Virus record (IMG/VR): IMGVR_UViG_3300031952_000019 | Span: 1 to 56,815 of that record | Source: a virus | Lineage: Duplodnaviria > Caudoviricetes | Strand: one strand, 5' to 3' | DNA: 56,815 bases | Part shown: piece by piece, positions 46,401 to 55,503 of the stretch | Numbering within the stretch: position 1 is the stretch's first letter | How the letters are laid out: each line of letters begins with the position of its first letter | The notes under the pieces: model-generated | The model's input: only the letters and a program-made list of their open reading frames with translations | Told to the model about the DNA's origin: nothing | The model's database searches: none | Made by a program: the position numbers and the translations under genes

Positions 46401-48487
46401 CACATTATGAAAACCAGTTAGCTAGAGGTTCTAGTGGAATTACTGTTTTTTCAACTATAAATGTAAACAGTGTTGGTGCAGAGAATATGGTTTATGCCAA
46501 TTATTCTTTGATGATGTTAGTTAATTCGGTTTTTACAGATACTAATGCTACTTATGCTATTGCAGCTGATAATAGTAGTTGGATTGCTTTTGCGGCATCG
46601 GTTTATGTTAGTACATCAACCAGTACTGTTGTTGGTTTTGAGGCTGACTGGCTAGGACAGATAGATTTGTATAATAGTATCATAGTTGGAAAAGATGGGA
46701 CTACAGGTATTGGCATAAAAACTACATCCGGCGGAAAAATCTCAATTGAAACTAATGAAATAAAAGGTTGGTTAATAGGAACAAAATCAATATCTGGTGG
46801 TTATGTTAATTCGTTCGATGGTGGGGTAACTTCCTTCTTCCATGGCAACGGAACAGCATTGCAAGTAGATTTAAATGGGGTTATGGACATACTTCCATCT
46901 TCGGCTAGTATTATTTATGGGACAAAATTAGATGGTACGGCTGATGCGAACACCAACAATTATATTAATAATACTATTGCAACAGCCGCAGAAATAACCA
47001 CAGGCACAGCGGCAAAAAACGTTACAGCAGATCAGTTGGCTTTGTCTTCACCAACTTTTTTAGAATTGACTACAAATGCCGCTGAAGTGACAACAACTTT
47101 ATATAATAAGTATATTCCTATTATTTCTGATTCGGCAGGTGTTTTTATTCGTAGAATGACGTATGCTTATACCGGTTCATATGTAGCGTCAGCTGGTGTA
47201 GGCATTGGTAATGGAGCTATACAGTATAATACTGGCTTGTCCCCCTATGTTTTTGGGATAAATTCTGGTCAATATAATATTGGCAACTACTTAACTGCTT
47301 TTGGAAGTTTAGCAGGGCAATGTAATATAGGTAATAACTGCACTGGTATAGGCAATTCTGTTTTAAAAAATAATCAGGGTGTATCTATCTCAACATTAGG
47401 GATGCAGTCTGGACTTTATAATGTTGGGGCGACTTGTAGTGGGTTAGGTGCTTATTCTATATATAGGAATAATTGGGATGATGTTATTGCTATTGGAGAA
47501 CAATCAACATCTAGTGGTTTTATTCAAGACGCAGCTACAGACCAAACTTTTACAGACGCAGAAGTAACGCCGGGGGTAATTACGTTCGCAGGAGCGCATG
47601 GTTTTGGTACTACTGGTAAAATGGTTAATCTATATTTTACAACAACAGCAGGAACACCACCAACTGGATTGGTAACAACATCTAGATATCAATTTTCGAT
47701 AACTTCTTCCACTATAATGACTTATGCAACCGATGCCGCAAAAGCAATTACAGTTGGGATTGGTGGAACTCCGATCACGATAGATACAGCAACAGCGGTC
47801 AGCAATGTTGGTGGAAAATTAACTATCACTTCAGCTACACATGGATTCAGCAATGGTTACAATCTTTATTATCTGAATGGTGGGGGCACATCCATTGGTG
47901 GATTGACAACAGCCACACATTATTTTGTCACCAACCAAAGTGCAAACACTTTTGAACTTGAAGCGACTTACGGTGGCGGCTCAATCAATTATGAATCAGC
48001 AGGTATTGGGGCAGCGCATACATTTACTTTCTGCGGGTCACAAGATTTTGCTGGAAAACTTACAAACTCTGTAAATATTATTGATTCAATTTCCATCGGG
48101 AATAGAGTTAATGCCACTAAAGCACATCAAGTTATCTTGGGTTCTTCGACCATTACAGAAACAGCATTACGAGGACATATCACATTACTTGATACCCCAG
48201 ACATAGTTTCGTCCGCTGGAGCAATTAGTATTCTTACTGCAATCACTCATGTAGTCACTGATGGTGTTGGTACTGTTTTGACTTTAGCAAATGGGGTTGA
48301 GGGACAACAAAAAATTATTGTGTTAAAGACTTTAACGTCAGCCGGGCATTCAGATGTGATAACACCTGCTGGTGGAGGAATGGGATTTACAACTATAACA
48401 ATGGCGGCATTGGGTGCAACTGTAACTCTGCTTTATACTAATAGTAAGTGGGCTACTATCAGTGCGATTAATGTGACAACAGCATAA
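43415..48487 (+). CDS. giant mosaic fibre/adhesin (1690 aa)
   Basis: Thr/Gly/Ala/Ser-rich; L.DL.DV...GQLL.FDG..W fibre repeat, VVT..AHGL.TG modules, beta-helix-like segment, N..IG repeats. Confidence 0.75.
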   Translation: MSTSYFGFIALTGGGAGALDKLDGAILVNEDYANGVVGVYNYVYQLIAASGATPDGENVIIPITNPGTKRWLLRNKSSSVNTGDAASLPIGGGTLTGDLNVGTTSAGHNVALRATEGSEMCPALEAVNWTCTNGWSAGSGNLIRVNNASTGTATPSGTFDVVAGKTYKVTMTVSAVSGVITYHIGSSLGRQLTTTTFTDYINAITTGKMVFTGIAGTTCTVTALSIKELTTATGDLRVYGRTIVGSGVWSDNDSKAIDILPQGDIGVRGIRYNLTPNDQEFAEGKTYWDSIWKTLNVQTTTDITLPVGQTDLRRVYNNTGSILYKGKTVYSNGIHADGDSSTVTVVLARANSDTTSDVLGVTTQDIPIASYGFVTVRGNINNIDTTVITASAGDILYLSAATAGELVNTIPVAPNLEVRIGRLIIDDATTGRINVRISQAYKLNDLVDVAAPSPSAGQLLKFDGVSWVASDTSTVAGAGTVNLFLTDQDIPIEGMTRAAACVVTWTAHGLATGAYVQMIEITQAEWTALNWTLATPLFHQVTYLSDNTFSIPVNTSGYAADYNATVDPGTISSGKLQDTPNVSIVTQTDYAQSTGSVEVLIDTYTSYILNRTTIDSGLWEFHTWCYASSITNVNTIVIRVYKRNTAGTETQLFSVETSDLGTASIESIIPSPQPAYTILTTDYLVIKYFAKSDRGVGNYRTLYITHNGSTVYSYIRTPITVLHDELAGLNIGPYSHLSAIEKASAIRNATAAQDGKMTAAYATKLDGIEKASVAEDLAGINDAKFVTPLGLASGNGATLPVTPYKGQLFLHTPTGRNILFQYIGGVWYPQESFGAITIYVHSTGTDDLEHGTATGTSAFKTITYAYSILPYLTGDKVTINLSGESFTENLSFTPRATNVEFVGTTSVAYSGTATGGANGSGATPISVTGTFTANVYNHKMIKFTSGANTGYIRPVGLTTTTTLYVVGAALPATPGNGDTYQILSLDTTLVGTIRCTHYENQLARGSSGITVFSTINVNSVGAENMVYANYSLMMLVNSVFTDTNATYAIAADNSSWIAFAASVYVSTSTSTVVGFEADWLGQIDLYNSIIVGKDGTTGIGIKTTSGGKISIETNEIKGWLIGTKSISGGYVNSFDGGVTSFFHGNGTALQVDLNGVMDILPSSASIIYGTKLDGTADANTNNYINNTIATAAEITTGTAAKNVTADQLALSSPTFLELTTNAAEVTTTLYNKYIPIISDSAGVFIRRMTYAYTGSYVASAGVGIGNGAIQYNTGLSPYVFGINSGQYNIGNYLTAFGSLAGQCNIGNNCTGIGNSVLKNNQGVSISTLGMQSGLYNVGATCSGLGAYSIYRNNWDDVIAIGEQSTSSGFIQDAATDQTFTDAEVTPGVITFAGAHGFGTTGKMVNLYFTTTAGTPPTGLVTTSRYQFSITSSTIMTYATDAAKAITVGIGGTPITIDTATAVSNVGGKLTITSATHGFSNGYNLYYLNGGGTSIGGLTTATHYFVTNQSANTFELEATYGGGSINYESAGIGAAHTFTFCGSQDFAGKLTNSVNIIDSISIGNRVNATKAHQVILGSSTITETALRGHITLLDTPDIVSSAGAISILTAITHVVTDGVGTVLTLANGVEGQQKIIVLKTLTSAGHSDVITPAGGGMGFTTITMAALGATVTLLYTNSKWATISAINVTTA

Positions 48488-48505
48488 GAATTAAGGAGAA
48501 ATAAA

Positions 48506-48916
48506 ATGGCCAAGTTAACTTATGGAATAGGAATAATAAATAATCAGAATTTTAATAGTGTTGGAAATTTAATTCTAACGCAGGAAATTAAAACTGCTCC
48601 GGAGATAGTAACAGGAGTGTTAACAATTGACTGTTCAGTAGGGAATATGTTTGCCGTTTCTCTCAATGCGGCAATAACATCTTTTACAGTTACTAATATT
48701 CCTACTGCAGGGAATTTTTATGCCTTTGTTTTAGAGCTAACTTGTGATGGCACTCCACGATCAATTACATGGTCGTTTCAAGGTGTAACGGTGTTGTGGC
48801 CAGCAGCAACAGCACCTACATTAACTAGCACGAATGGAAAAAAAGATTCTTTTATATTTTATACTTGGGATGCAGGAACAACTTGGATTGGTACAATTGT
48901 GGGGCAAAACTTCTAA
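48506..48916 (+). CDS. small beta-sandwich fibre-associated protein
   Basis: LTID...GN.F.V.L, ITW, W....APTLT...GK.D.F.F.T.D.GTTW.G. Confidence 0.65.
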   Translation: MAKLTYGIGIINNQNFNSVGNLILTQEIKTAPEIVTGVLTIDCSVGNMFAVSLNAAITSFTVTNIPTAGNFYAFVLELTCDGTPRSITWSFQGVTVLWPAATAPTLTSTNGKKDSFIFYTWDAGTTWIGTIVGQNF

Positions 48917-49653
48917 TGCTAGATATTATATTAAGAACATGCAGCAGGAAAGAGGCTCAAGTCCATGGAGGAGATAGACTTCATTCTAAAGAGGATATTC
49001 TGTTGCGTTGTCTGCGGTCTTTGAAACAATCTATTGAAGTTGAAAAGAAACATCAAATCAAGTTAACAATCATTGACGATCATTCTAGTTTAGAAATTGT
49101 AAAGATATTAAAAGACAATGCTGATGTTTTTATTCCATTAGAATGGACTGGGAATAGTGCAAGTTTGCATTCAGTTTATAATTATGCAAAGAGCAATTGC
49201 CCAAATCTAATTTATTTTGTGGAAGATGACTATTTACACGAACGTTCTGCAATTAACGAGATGTTAGGTTTTTATTATAAGGCACTTTACAACTTAAATA
49301 AAGAAGTAGCTTTATTCCCAATGGATTGTAATGATCGATATAAAGAATCATCTTTGTATCCTTCGTTTATAGTAAATGGAGAAAAGAGATATTGGAGAAC
49401 CATTAAGCATACTACAGGAACCAATTTCATATCGATAAATTTACTCGTTAAGTTTTTCTCAGTTTTTAAAAAGTTTGCAAATTATGATATTGATCCCACT
49501 GTTGATGAAGATAGTACTATTAATAAGATATGGGGAATAGAAGAGGGGGCAATTTGTTTTTCACCAATTCCAACTCTAGCTTACCATTTGCAAGATGAAA
49601 AAAGTTTGCCATTATATTCTGATTATAGAAATCTTTGGGGGAGTTTAGTATGA
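48916..49653 (+). CDS. GT-A fold glycosyltransferase
   Basis: CLRSL, IIDDHSS, YFVEDDYLH, FSPIPTLAYH. Confidence 0.8.
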   Translation: MLDIILRTCSRKEAQVHGGDRLHSKEDILLRCLRSLKQSIEVEKKHQIKLTIIDDHSSLEIVKILKDNADVFIPLEWTGNSASLHSVYNYAKSNCPNLIYFVEDDYLHERSAINEMLGFYYKALYNLNKEVALFPMDCNDRYKESSLYPSFIVNGEKRYWRTIKHTTGTNFISINLLVKFFSVFKKFANYDIDPTVDEDSTINKIWGIEEGAICFSPIPTLAYHLQDEKSLPLYSDYRNLWGSLV

Positions 49654-50831
49654 AGTCGGTTTACAATGACATAGCAAGAGAGTTTTTTATAAAGCGTAAT
49701 TTTCTACGCGCGATAGAATATCAGTCCATTCATTTGACTATGTTTGTTGATGACGCCGAGGGCTGGTTAAATTTAGGGAAAGCTTTAACTTTTACTGAAC
49801 AGTTTGAAGAGGCTGAAAGAGTATTATTAAGAAGTTGTGAGTTAGCTCCAGACAGAGTTAACTATTTATTAGATTTACAAGTTCTCTATACATTAACGAG
49901 TAATGCTGAAAAATATGTCCCAATCGTGGAACGACTAAAGAGAGAAATTCCGAATGAAAAAAGACTAATTTTTAATTGCGCTTGGGACAGAATAAAGGCT
50001 GGAGAAACTTATGAAGGATTTGCTGACTTAGAAGTAGGCCGACAAGAGGGATTCTTTGGCTCTGATTATACAGATTTCAAGGGGGTTCGATTACCTAGTT
50101 TAGAAAAGATTAAAGGAAATAAAATAGCTATAATCGGTGAGGGTGGTTTAGGAGATGAGATAATTGCTTCGCGTTATGCATCTCTGATTAAAAAATATGA
50201 TGGAACCCCAATTCTCTATGTAAGTGAGTCCTTGCATAGCATATTAGGGCATTTAGCCAAATGTAGAAAGGGTGCTGACAGTGTTAATGGTGGCAAGAAT
50301 TTTAGTGATATTAATAATAGTATTGAGTTTGACTATTATATCCCGGGCATGGCTTCTGCTGCATTATTTAAGGAGATACCTAATGAAGTTTATTTATTTG
50401 CAAAACCAGAATATATTGAGAAGCATAAAATAATTTCAGATAAAAAGAAAGTGGGAATCTGTTGGCATGGGAACACCTCTTATGAATGGGAGCAGATAAG
50501 AGGTATTCCTAAAGATTTAATGTTTTCGTTGAAAGATGATAAGATAGAATTATTTAATTTGCAAAAAGGTGAAACAGATTTACAGCTTGATAGCTGGGAT
50601 GATACTTTGGGAATAATTGCTAATCTTGATTGCGTGGTTAGTTCATGTACCTCTATTGTACATGCGGCGGCGGGAATGGGGAAAAGAGTTTATTTACTCA
50701 CACCCCTTGCACCTTATTATGTCTGGACATCTAAAGAGAAATGGTATCAAGATGTAATTATTTTTAACAAAGATCAGTACAATGGTTATGCAAAGCATAT
50801 TGAAACAATACGAGGATTAATATGTCAGTAA
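49650..50831 (+). CDS. TPR + GT-B (GT9-like) glycosyltransferase
   Basis: TPR (WLNLGKAL...EEA); GEGGLGDEI...RY, VGICWHGN, NLQ, DTLGIIANLD.VVSSCTS.VH.A.GMGK. Confidence 0.8.
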   Translation: MKSVYNDIAREFFIKRNFLRAIEYQSIHLTMFVDDAEGWLNLGKALTFTEQFEEAERVLLRSCELAPDRVNYLLDLQVLYTLTSNAEKYVPIVERLKREIPNEKRLIFNCAWDRIKAGETYEGFADLEVGRQEGFFGSDYTDFKGVRLPSLEKIKGNKIAIIGEGGLGDEIIASRYASLIKKYDGTPILYVSESLHSILGHLAKCRKGADSVNGGKNFSDINNSIEFDYYIPGMASAALFKEIPNEVYLFAKPEYIEKHKIISDKKKVGICWHGNTSYEWEQIRGIPKDLMFSLKDDKIELFNLQKGETDLQLDSWDDTLGIIANLDCVVSSCTSIVHAAAGMGKRVYLLTPLAPYYVWTSKEKWYQDVIIFNKDQYNGYAKHIETIRGLICQ

Positions 50832-53023
50832 AATTATTATTAGGAATAAAGAAAGCACCGCCTGATCCTTTAATAGGAAGAACTCTCTGGTCATGGGGAA
50901 GTGGAACAGAAGGAGAATTGGGTGATGGTGCATATACTAAGAAATCTTCGCCAATTCAAGTTGGTACTTTGACAACGTGGGCAAAAATTGTAAGTAGTCT
51001 ATATCACGTTCTTGCAATTAAAACAGATGGAACTCTCTGGTCATGGGGCTATAACCCTTATGGAGAGTTGGGAGATGGTACTATTATTAGTAGGTCTTCT
51101 CCTATTCAAATTGGAGCATTGTCAACTTGGAATATAATTTCTGCGGGAGGAGTAGCTGGCACTGGCGGTAGCAGTGCAGCAATAAAGATAGATGGAACAT
51201 TATGGACATGGGGGTACAATATAAATGGGCAACTTGGAGATGAAACAATCGTTGATAAATCATCTCCTATTCAAATAGGGGCTTTAACAACTTGGGCTAC
51301 TACCGTTACAAATACTGGTGGGAATACTTATGCAATTAAAACAAATGGAACTATTTGGGCATGGGGCAATGGAGCTATAGGAGGAATTGGTGATAGCACA
51401 ATCGTTTCAAAATCTTCCCCAATACAAATAGGGGCTTTAACAACTTGGGATACTTTATCGGTTAGTGCTAATGATGTAGTACATGCTATTCAAAAAGATG
51501 GTACGTTATGGGCATGGGGTAATAACACAAACGGACAACTTGGAGACGGGACAATACTCAAAAGATCCTCTCCTGTAAAAATAGGAGCATTAACAACTTG
51601 GAATCAAATTTCTCAAGGAAGAAGTCATACGGTAGCAACTAAAATAGATGGAACATTATGGACATGGGGTTTAAATACAAACGGGCAGTTGGGAGATGGC
51701 ACCGTAGTTCAGAAATCTTCCCCTGTGCAAATTGGAGCTTTGACTTCGTGGTATAAAGTTATTGCTGGTGATTACCATTCCTTAGGATTACAAACCGATG
51801 GAACCATTTGGTCATGGGGATTGGGAACGAGTGGGCAGCTAGGAGACGGTGCCGTAGTTTCAAAATCTTCCCCAATACAAATAGGGGCTTTAACGACATG
51901 GATAGGAATTGCAGGGGGATATCTTGATCTTTTTGGAATTAGATCAACTCCTTCAGTAGCACCATTAGGGTATAGGCTCTGGTCATGGGGAGAAAATACA
52001 TATGGGCAACTTGGAGATGGGACAATTGTTGATAGACCTGCTCCAGTTCAAGCAGGCAATCTTACAAACTGGAAAAAGATTGGTGTTAGTGAATATAATA
52101 GTGCAGCAATAAAGATAGATGGAACATTATGGACATGGGGAAGAAATTATTATGGAGAATTAGGCGATAGTACTGTAGTTGATAAATCATCCCCTATTCA
52201 AATTGGGGCTTTAACAACTTGGAGTAAAATTACTGTTAGTACTTCTGTTTTAGGAATTAAAACAGACAATACACTCTGGGCATGGGGCTATAACTCTTCT
52301 GGGCAACTTGGAGATGGAACTATTATAGACAAGTCCTCTCCTATTCAAATTGGAGCTTTAACAACTTGGAGTAAAATTACATGTAGTATATCTACAATAG
52401 GAATTAAGACAGACAATACACTCTGGGCATGGGGTAATAACATATTAGGACAACTTGGAGATGGAACTATTATAGACAAGTCCTCTCCTATTCAAATTGG
52501 AGCTTTAACAACTTGGAGTCAAGCAACAAGTAGTTTAGCATCTTTAGCAATTAAAACAGATGGTACGTTATGGGCATGGGGGAGTAATGCAAATGGAGAA
52601 TTAGGAGATGGTACTGTAGTCAACAAATCTTCCCCGATACAAATAGGAGCATTAACAACTTGGAGAAAAGTTTCAGCCGGATATAGTCATACGGTAGCAA
52701 TTAAGACGAACGGTACATTGTGGTCATGGGGTTTAAATACAAATGGAGAATTAGGTAATAGTACTGTAGTTAAGAAGTCATCTCCCATTCAAATTGGAGC
52801 TTTGACAGAATGGAATGATGTTTTTGCTGGAAGATATTCGGTCTTAGCTCTTAAAACAAATGGAACTATTTGGGCATGGGGGCTTAATAACAAGGGACAA
52901 CTTGGAGATGGAACATTGATAAGTAGGTCATCTCCAATACAAATAGGAGCTTTAACATCATGGAATATTATTCCTGATAGTTGTTATAATGCAGCATATA
53001 ATATGGCTATACAATTATTATAG
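50822..53023 (+). CDS. RCC1/BLIP-II repeat protein, 14 repeats (two 7-bladed propellers)
   Basis: 14 x (TLWxWG.N..GQLGDGT...SSPIQIG.LT.W), with a linker after repeat 7. Confidence 0.92.
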   Translation: MSVKLLLGIKKAPPDPLIGRTLWSWGSGTEGELGDGAYTKKSSPIQVGTLTTWAKIVSSLYHVLAIKTDGTLWSWGYNPYGELGDGTIISRSSPIQIGALSTWNIISAGGVAGTGGSSAAIKIDGTLWTWGYNINGQLGDETIVDKSSPIQIGALTTWATTVTNTGGNTYAIKTNGTIWAWGNGAIGGIGDSTIVSKSSPIQIGALTTWDTLSVSANDVVHAIQKDGTLWAWGNNTNGQLGDGTILKRSSPVKIGALTTWNQISQGRSHTVATKIDGTLWTWGLNTNGQLGDGTVVQKSSPVQIGALTSWYKVIAGDYHSLGLQTDGTIWSWGLGTSGQLGDGAVVSKSSPIQIGALTTWIGIAGGYLDLFGIRSTPSVAPLGYRLWSWGENTYGQLGDGTIVDRPAPVQAGNLTNWKKIGVSEYNSAAIKIDGTLWTWGRNYYGELGDSTVVDKSSPIQIGALTTWSKITVSTSVLGIKTDNTLWAWGYNSSGQLGDGTIIDKSSPIQIGALTTWSKITCSISTIGIKTDNTLWAWGNNILGQLGDGTIIDKSSPIQIGALTTWSQATSSLASLAIKTDGTLWAWGSNANGELGDGTVVNKSSPIQIGALTTWRKVSAGYSHTVAIKTNGTLWSWGLNTNGELGNSTVVKKSSPIQIGALTEWNDVFAGRYSVLALKTNGTIWAWGLNNKGQLGDGTLISRSSPIQIGALTSWNIIPDSCYNAAYNMAIQLL

Positions 53024-53032
53024 AGGAGATTT

Positions 53033-53635
53033 ATGAAATTAAATTTAGGGTGTGGTTTTAACAAATTAGAAGGATGGGTGAATGTTGATAGCAATTGTCT
53101 TTGTTTACCAGATATAATTTTAAAATTAGACAAAGATGATTGGCTATGGAAAAGCGATAGTATTGAAGAAGTTCTGCTTGACCATGTTCTTGAACATGTG
53201 GGGGAAACAACAACAGACTTCTTTCACTTTATGAAAGAACTTTATCGAGTATGTAAAAAGGAGGCATTAATTACCATTAAAGTTCCTCATCCAAGGCACG
53301 ACAATTTTATGCATGATTGTACACATGTTAGAACAATTACTCCATTTACATTAGCGATGTTTAATAAGCAAAGAAATTTAAATGATCTAGCTAATAATGG
53401 TAAAGAAAGTAAATTAGGTCTATTATTGGATGTAGATTTTGAAGTAGTTAAGTGGATTTATAACTTAGAATCCAAATGGGAACTTATGTTGAAAAATAAA
53501 TTAATTTCCAGTGAGCAGTTAGAAGATGTTTTAAAAACACAAAATAATGTTTGCTATGAGATATTAATTGACCTAATAGTACGAAAGGATAATAATGAGC
53601 AGCTTTTGGATGGTAAAAAATGGAACTGCCTGTGA
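53033..53635 (+). CDS. SAM-dependent methyltransferase (type 11-like)
   Basis: LNLGCG...EGWVNVD, HVLEH, ELYRV.K, VPH, D.TH. Confidence 0.88.
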   Translation: MKLNLGCGFNKLEGWVNVDSNCLCLPDIILKLDKDDWLWKSDSIEEVLLDHVLEHVGETTTDFFHFMKELYRVCKKEALITIKVPHPRHDNFMHDCTHVRTITPFTLAMFNKQRNLNDLANNGKESKLGLLLDVDFEVVKWIYNLESKWELMLKNKLISSEQLEDVLKTQNNVCYEILIDLIVRKDNNEQLLDGKKWNCL

Positions 53636-53783
53636 AAATATTGGAAAACCTCTGAGTTTTGGGAATATCTTCTTTGCGGTAGGATATTCAGATACAGAGT
53701 ATTTTGCAGCTTATTGTTTAGGAGTAGTTACAACAACTGTTGTAGCAGCATCATCATTGGTTCATATTTTTGCTAAATTGTAA
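53595..53783 (+). CDS. short paralog of the following gene (possibly a remnant)
   Basis: AAGGA RBS; first ~39 aa align with 53814..54287. Confidence 0.5.
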   Translation: MSSFWMVKNGTACENIGKPLSFGNIFFAVGYSDTEYFAAYCLGVVTTTVVAASSLVHIFAKL

Positions 53784-53813
53784 ATGAGAAATACTTAGAG
53801 GGAGGATTAAATT

Positions 53814-54287
53814 ATGAGTAGCTTTTGGGTGGTAAAAAATGGAGTGGCTTGTGAGCATGTAGGAAGACCAAGAAGTTTTGGAAATGTTTCTTTTGCTTAC
53901 GATTGTAACGATTCTGTTTATTTGCAGGCAGGTCTATATCTCGATAAACAATGGGAAGGAACATATGATCCTAGAATACATCATATATCAATTCCTAGCT
54001 TTGTGGTTAATGAGATAAAAAGAGAAGTACAGACCACTTATGTTGTTACCGATAAAACGCAAAGTAAAATTGATACCTATGATGCAGAGCAAGCAGCGGC
54101 ACAAGCAGCGATACTTGCAGAGCAAGAAAGAATTGCTCAAAAAGCAAAGGATATAAGTACTAATTTACCTTCATGGAGTGAAATTAGTACTTCTATCGAT
54201 AACGCAAGTACCATAGTAGCTATGAGAGTAATAGTAAAAAATATGGCAAGGGTTGTGTATTGGTTAGCTAAAGATAAAGCGGAGTAA
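53814..54287 (+). CDS. putative fibre assembly / chaperone-like protein
   Basis: GGAGG RBS; YDP..H motif and helical C-terminus, following fibre genes. Confidence 0.5.
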   Translation: MSSFWVVKNGVACEHVGRPRSFGNVSFAYDCNDSVYLQAGLYLDKQWEGTYDPRIHHISIPSFVVNEIKREVQTTYVVTDKTQSKIDTYDAEQAAAQAAILAEQERIAQKAKDISTNLPSWSEISTSIDNASTIVAMRVIVKNMARVVYWLAKDKAE

Positions 54288-54318
54288 TTAATTACTGATC
54301 AGATTGGAGATAAACATC

Positions 54319-54633
54319 ATGGAAAATTTTGTTGTAGGAAATATACTTTTTAATGGTGTAATGCTTGGTACAATAGCGTATCTAGGCAAGCGGGTAGTTG
54401 ATGGGATAACAGTGGATATAAAATATAATCGAGAAGAGTCTAGACAAGCCTCCAAGGAGATAAAAGAAAGTATTGATAAGTTAGCGGAGCATGTGGCTAT
54501 TACAAATGGTAAAGTAATATCTACCCAACAAAATATTGCTTTAACCCAGAAGGATTTAGAAATACACATTACAAAGTGTGAAGTTAGAAACGAAGATTAC
54601 AATAATCACCATAAAGAAAGGACTGAAACATGA
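54319..54633 (+). CDS. single-TM coiled-coil protein, holin/antiholin-like
   Basis: N-terminal hydrophobic segment, coiled coil, ATGA overlap with the peptidase gene. Confidence 0.5.
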   Translation: MENFVVGNILFNGVMLGTIAYLGKRVVDGITVDIKYNREESRQASKEIKESIDKLAEHVAITNGKVISTQQNIALTQKDLEIHITKCEVRNEDYNNHHKERTET

Positions 54634-55046
54634 AGTGGTTTAAGTTAGAGGAACTTGTTGATCGAAAAACTTTTCAGCAGTTTGGATATACATGCTGGCA
54701 ACGTTTCCCACCTGATTCCTTAACAATGTTGGATAACCTGAGAGAGTTTTTTGGAATGACATTAATTTGCAACAATTGGTTACAAGCAGGGCAATTTTCT
54801 TTTCGCGGTTATCGACCTTATTGGTGTGCTGTTGGGGCAAAAGGAAGTTACCACAGAAAAGGAATGGCATTTGATCTCGATGTTGCTAATCATACAGCAG
54901 AAGAAGCACGGCAACAGATATTGGCTGATCAGGACAATCCTTTATTGAGTTTAATATATAGATTGGAAGGTGGGATTGATTGGCTGCATGTAGATTGTGG
55001 GTCAGTTCCAGAAGGTAAAAAACGAATTTATGTTTTCAAAGCTTAG
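54630..55046 (+). CDS. peptidase M15-family endolysin
   Basis: RGYR, GAKGSYHRKGMAFD, WLHVD (Zn ligands H, D, H). Confidence 0.85.
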   Translation: MKWFKLEELVDRKTFQQFGYTCWQRFPPDSLTMLDNLREFFGMTLICNNWLQAGQFSFRGYRPYWCAVGAKGSYHRKGMAFDLDVANHTAEEARQQILADQDNPLLSLIYRLEGGIDWLHVDCGSVPEGKKRIYVFKA

Positions 55047-55072
55047 AGGTGATTTATGGATGCAATGTTTGA

Positions 55073-55345
55073 ATGGTGGGTGATATGAGGCCCGTAGGCA
55101 AGGTACAGGTTTATGGTCTAACGGCCTCGGCAGTGACGTGGAGATGGACGTTAAAGGAGCAATCGCCATTTGACTGCATCATAAGTCCAGTGGTTTTTGA
55201 AGATGGAGAAACGCGGTATAAATGTTTGACAAGTTTAGGATGGGTATGTATTAACGAGGGCGATTTCATAATTAAGACGATAATTCAAGGAATCGATTTT
55301 TATTTTATTTTTTCAATTGACGACATAAAGAGGGAACTAAAATGA
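55073..55345 (+). CDS. hypothetical protein
   Basis: TSLG...INEGDFIIK motif; start position uncertain. Confidence 0.5.
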   Translation: MVGDMRPVGKVQVYGLTASAVTWRWTLKEQSPFDCIISPVVFEDGETRYKCLTSLGWVCINEGDFIIKTIIQGIDFYFIFSIDDIKRELK

Positions 55346-55503
55346 TAATGAAAATCTTGAAAAAACTTTTAGTAATTGCCATAGGTCTTACTGTATTGCC
55401 AATAGCTTTAATCTTGGGGGTAACTTTAGGAACCATATACTTTTATAAAATTTGGCTTGACGAAGCGTATTTGATATTGACGAAAAAAAAGGGGGTAATG
55501 TGA
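55342..55503 (+). CDS. small membrane protein (53 aa)
   Basis: Read manually; ATGA and GTGA overlaps; long hydrophobic segment. Confidence 0.55.
   Translation: MIMKILKKLLVIAIGLTVLPIALILGVTLGTIYFYKIWLDEAYLILTKKKGVM

Noticed and set aside
50822-54287. Diversity-generating retroelement (repeat pairs in the RCC1 gene and in 53595/53814)
   Set aside because: Mismatches are not adenine-specific and there is no reverse transcriptase in the window
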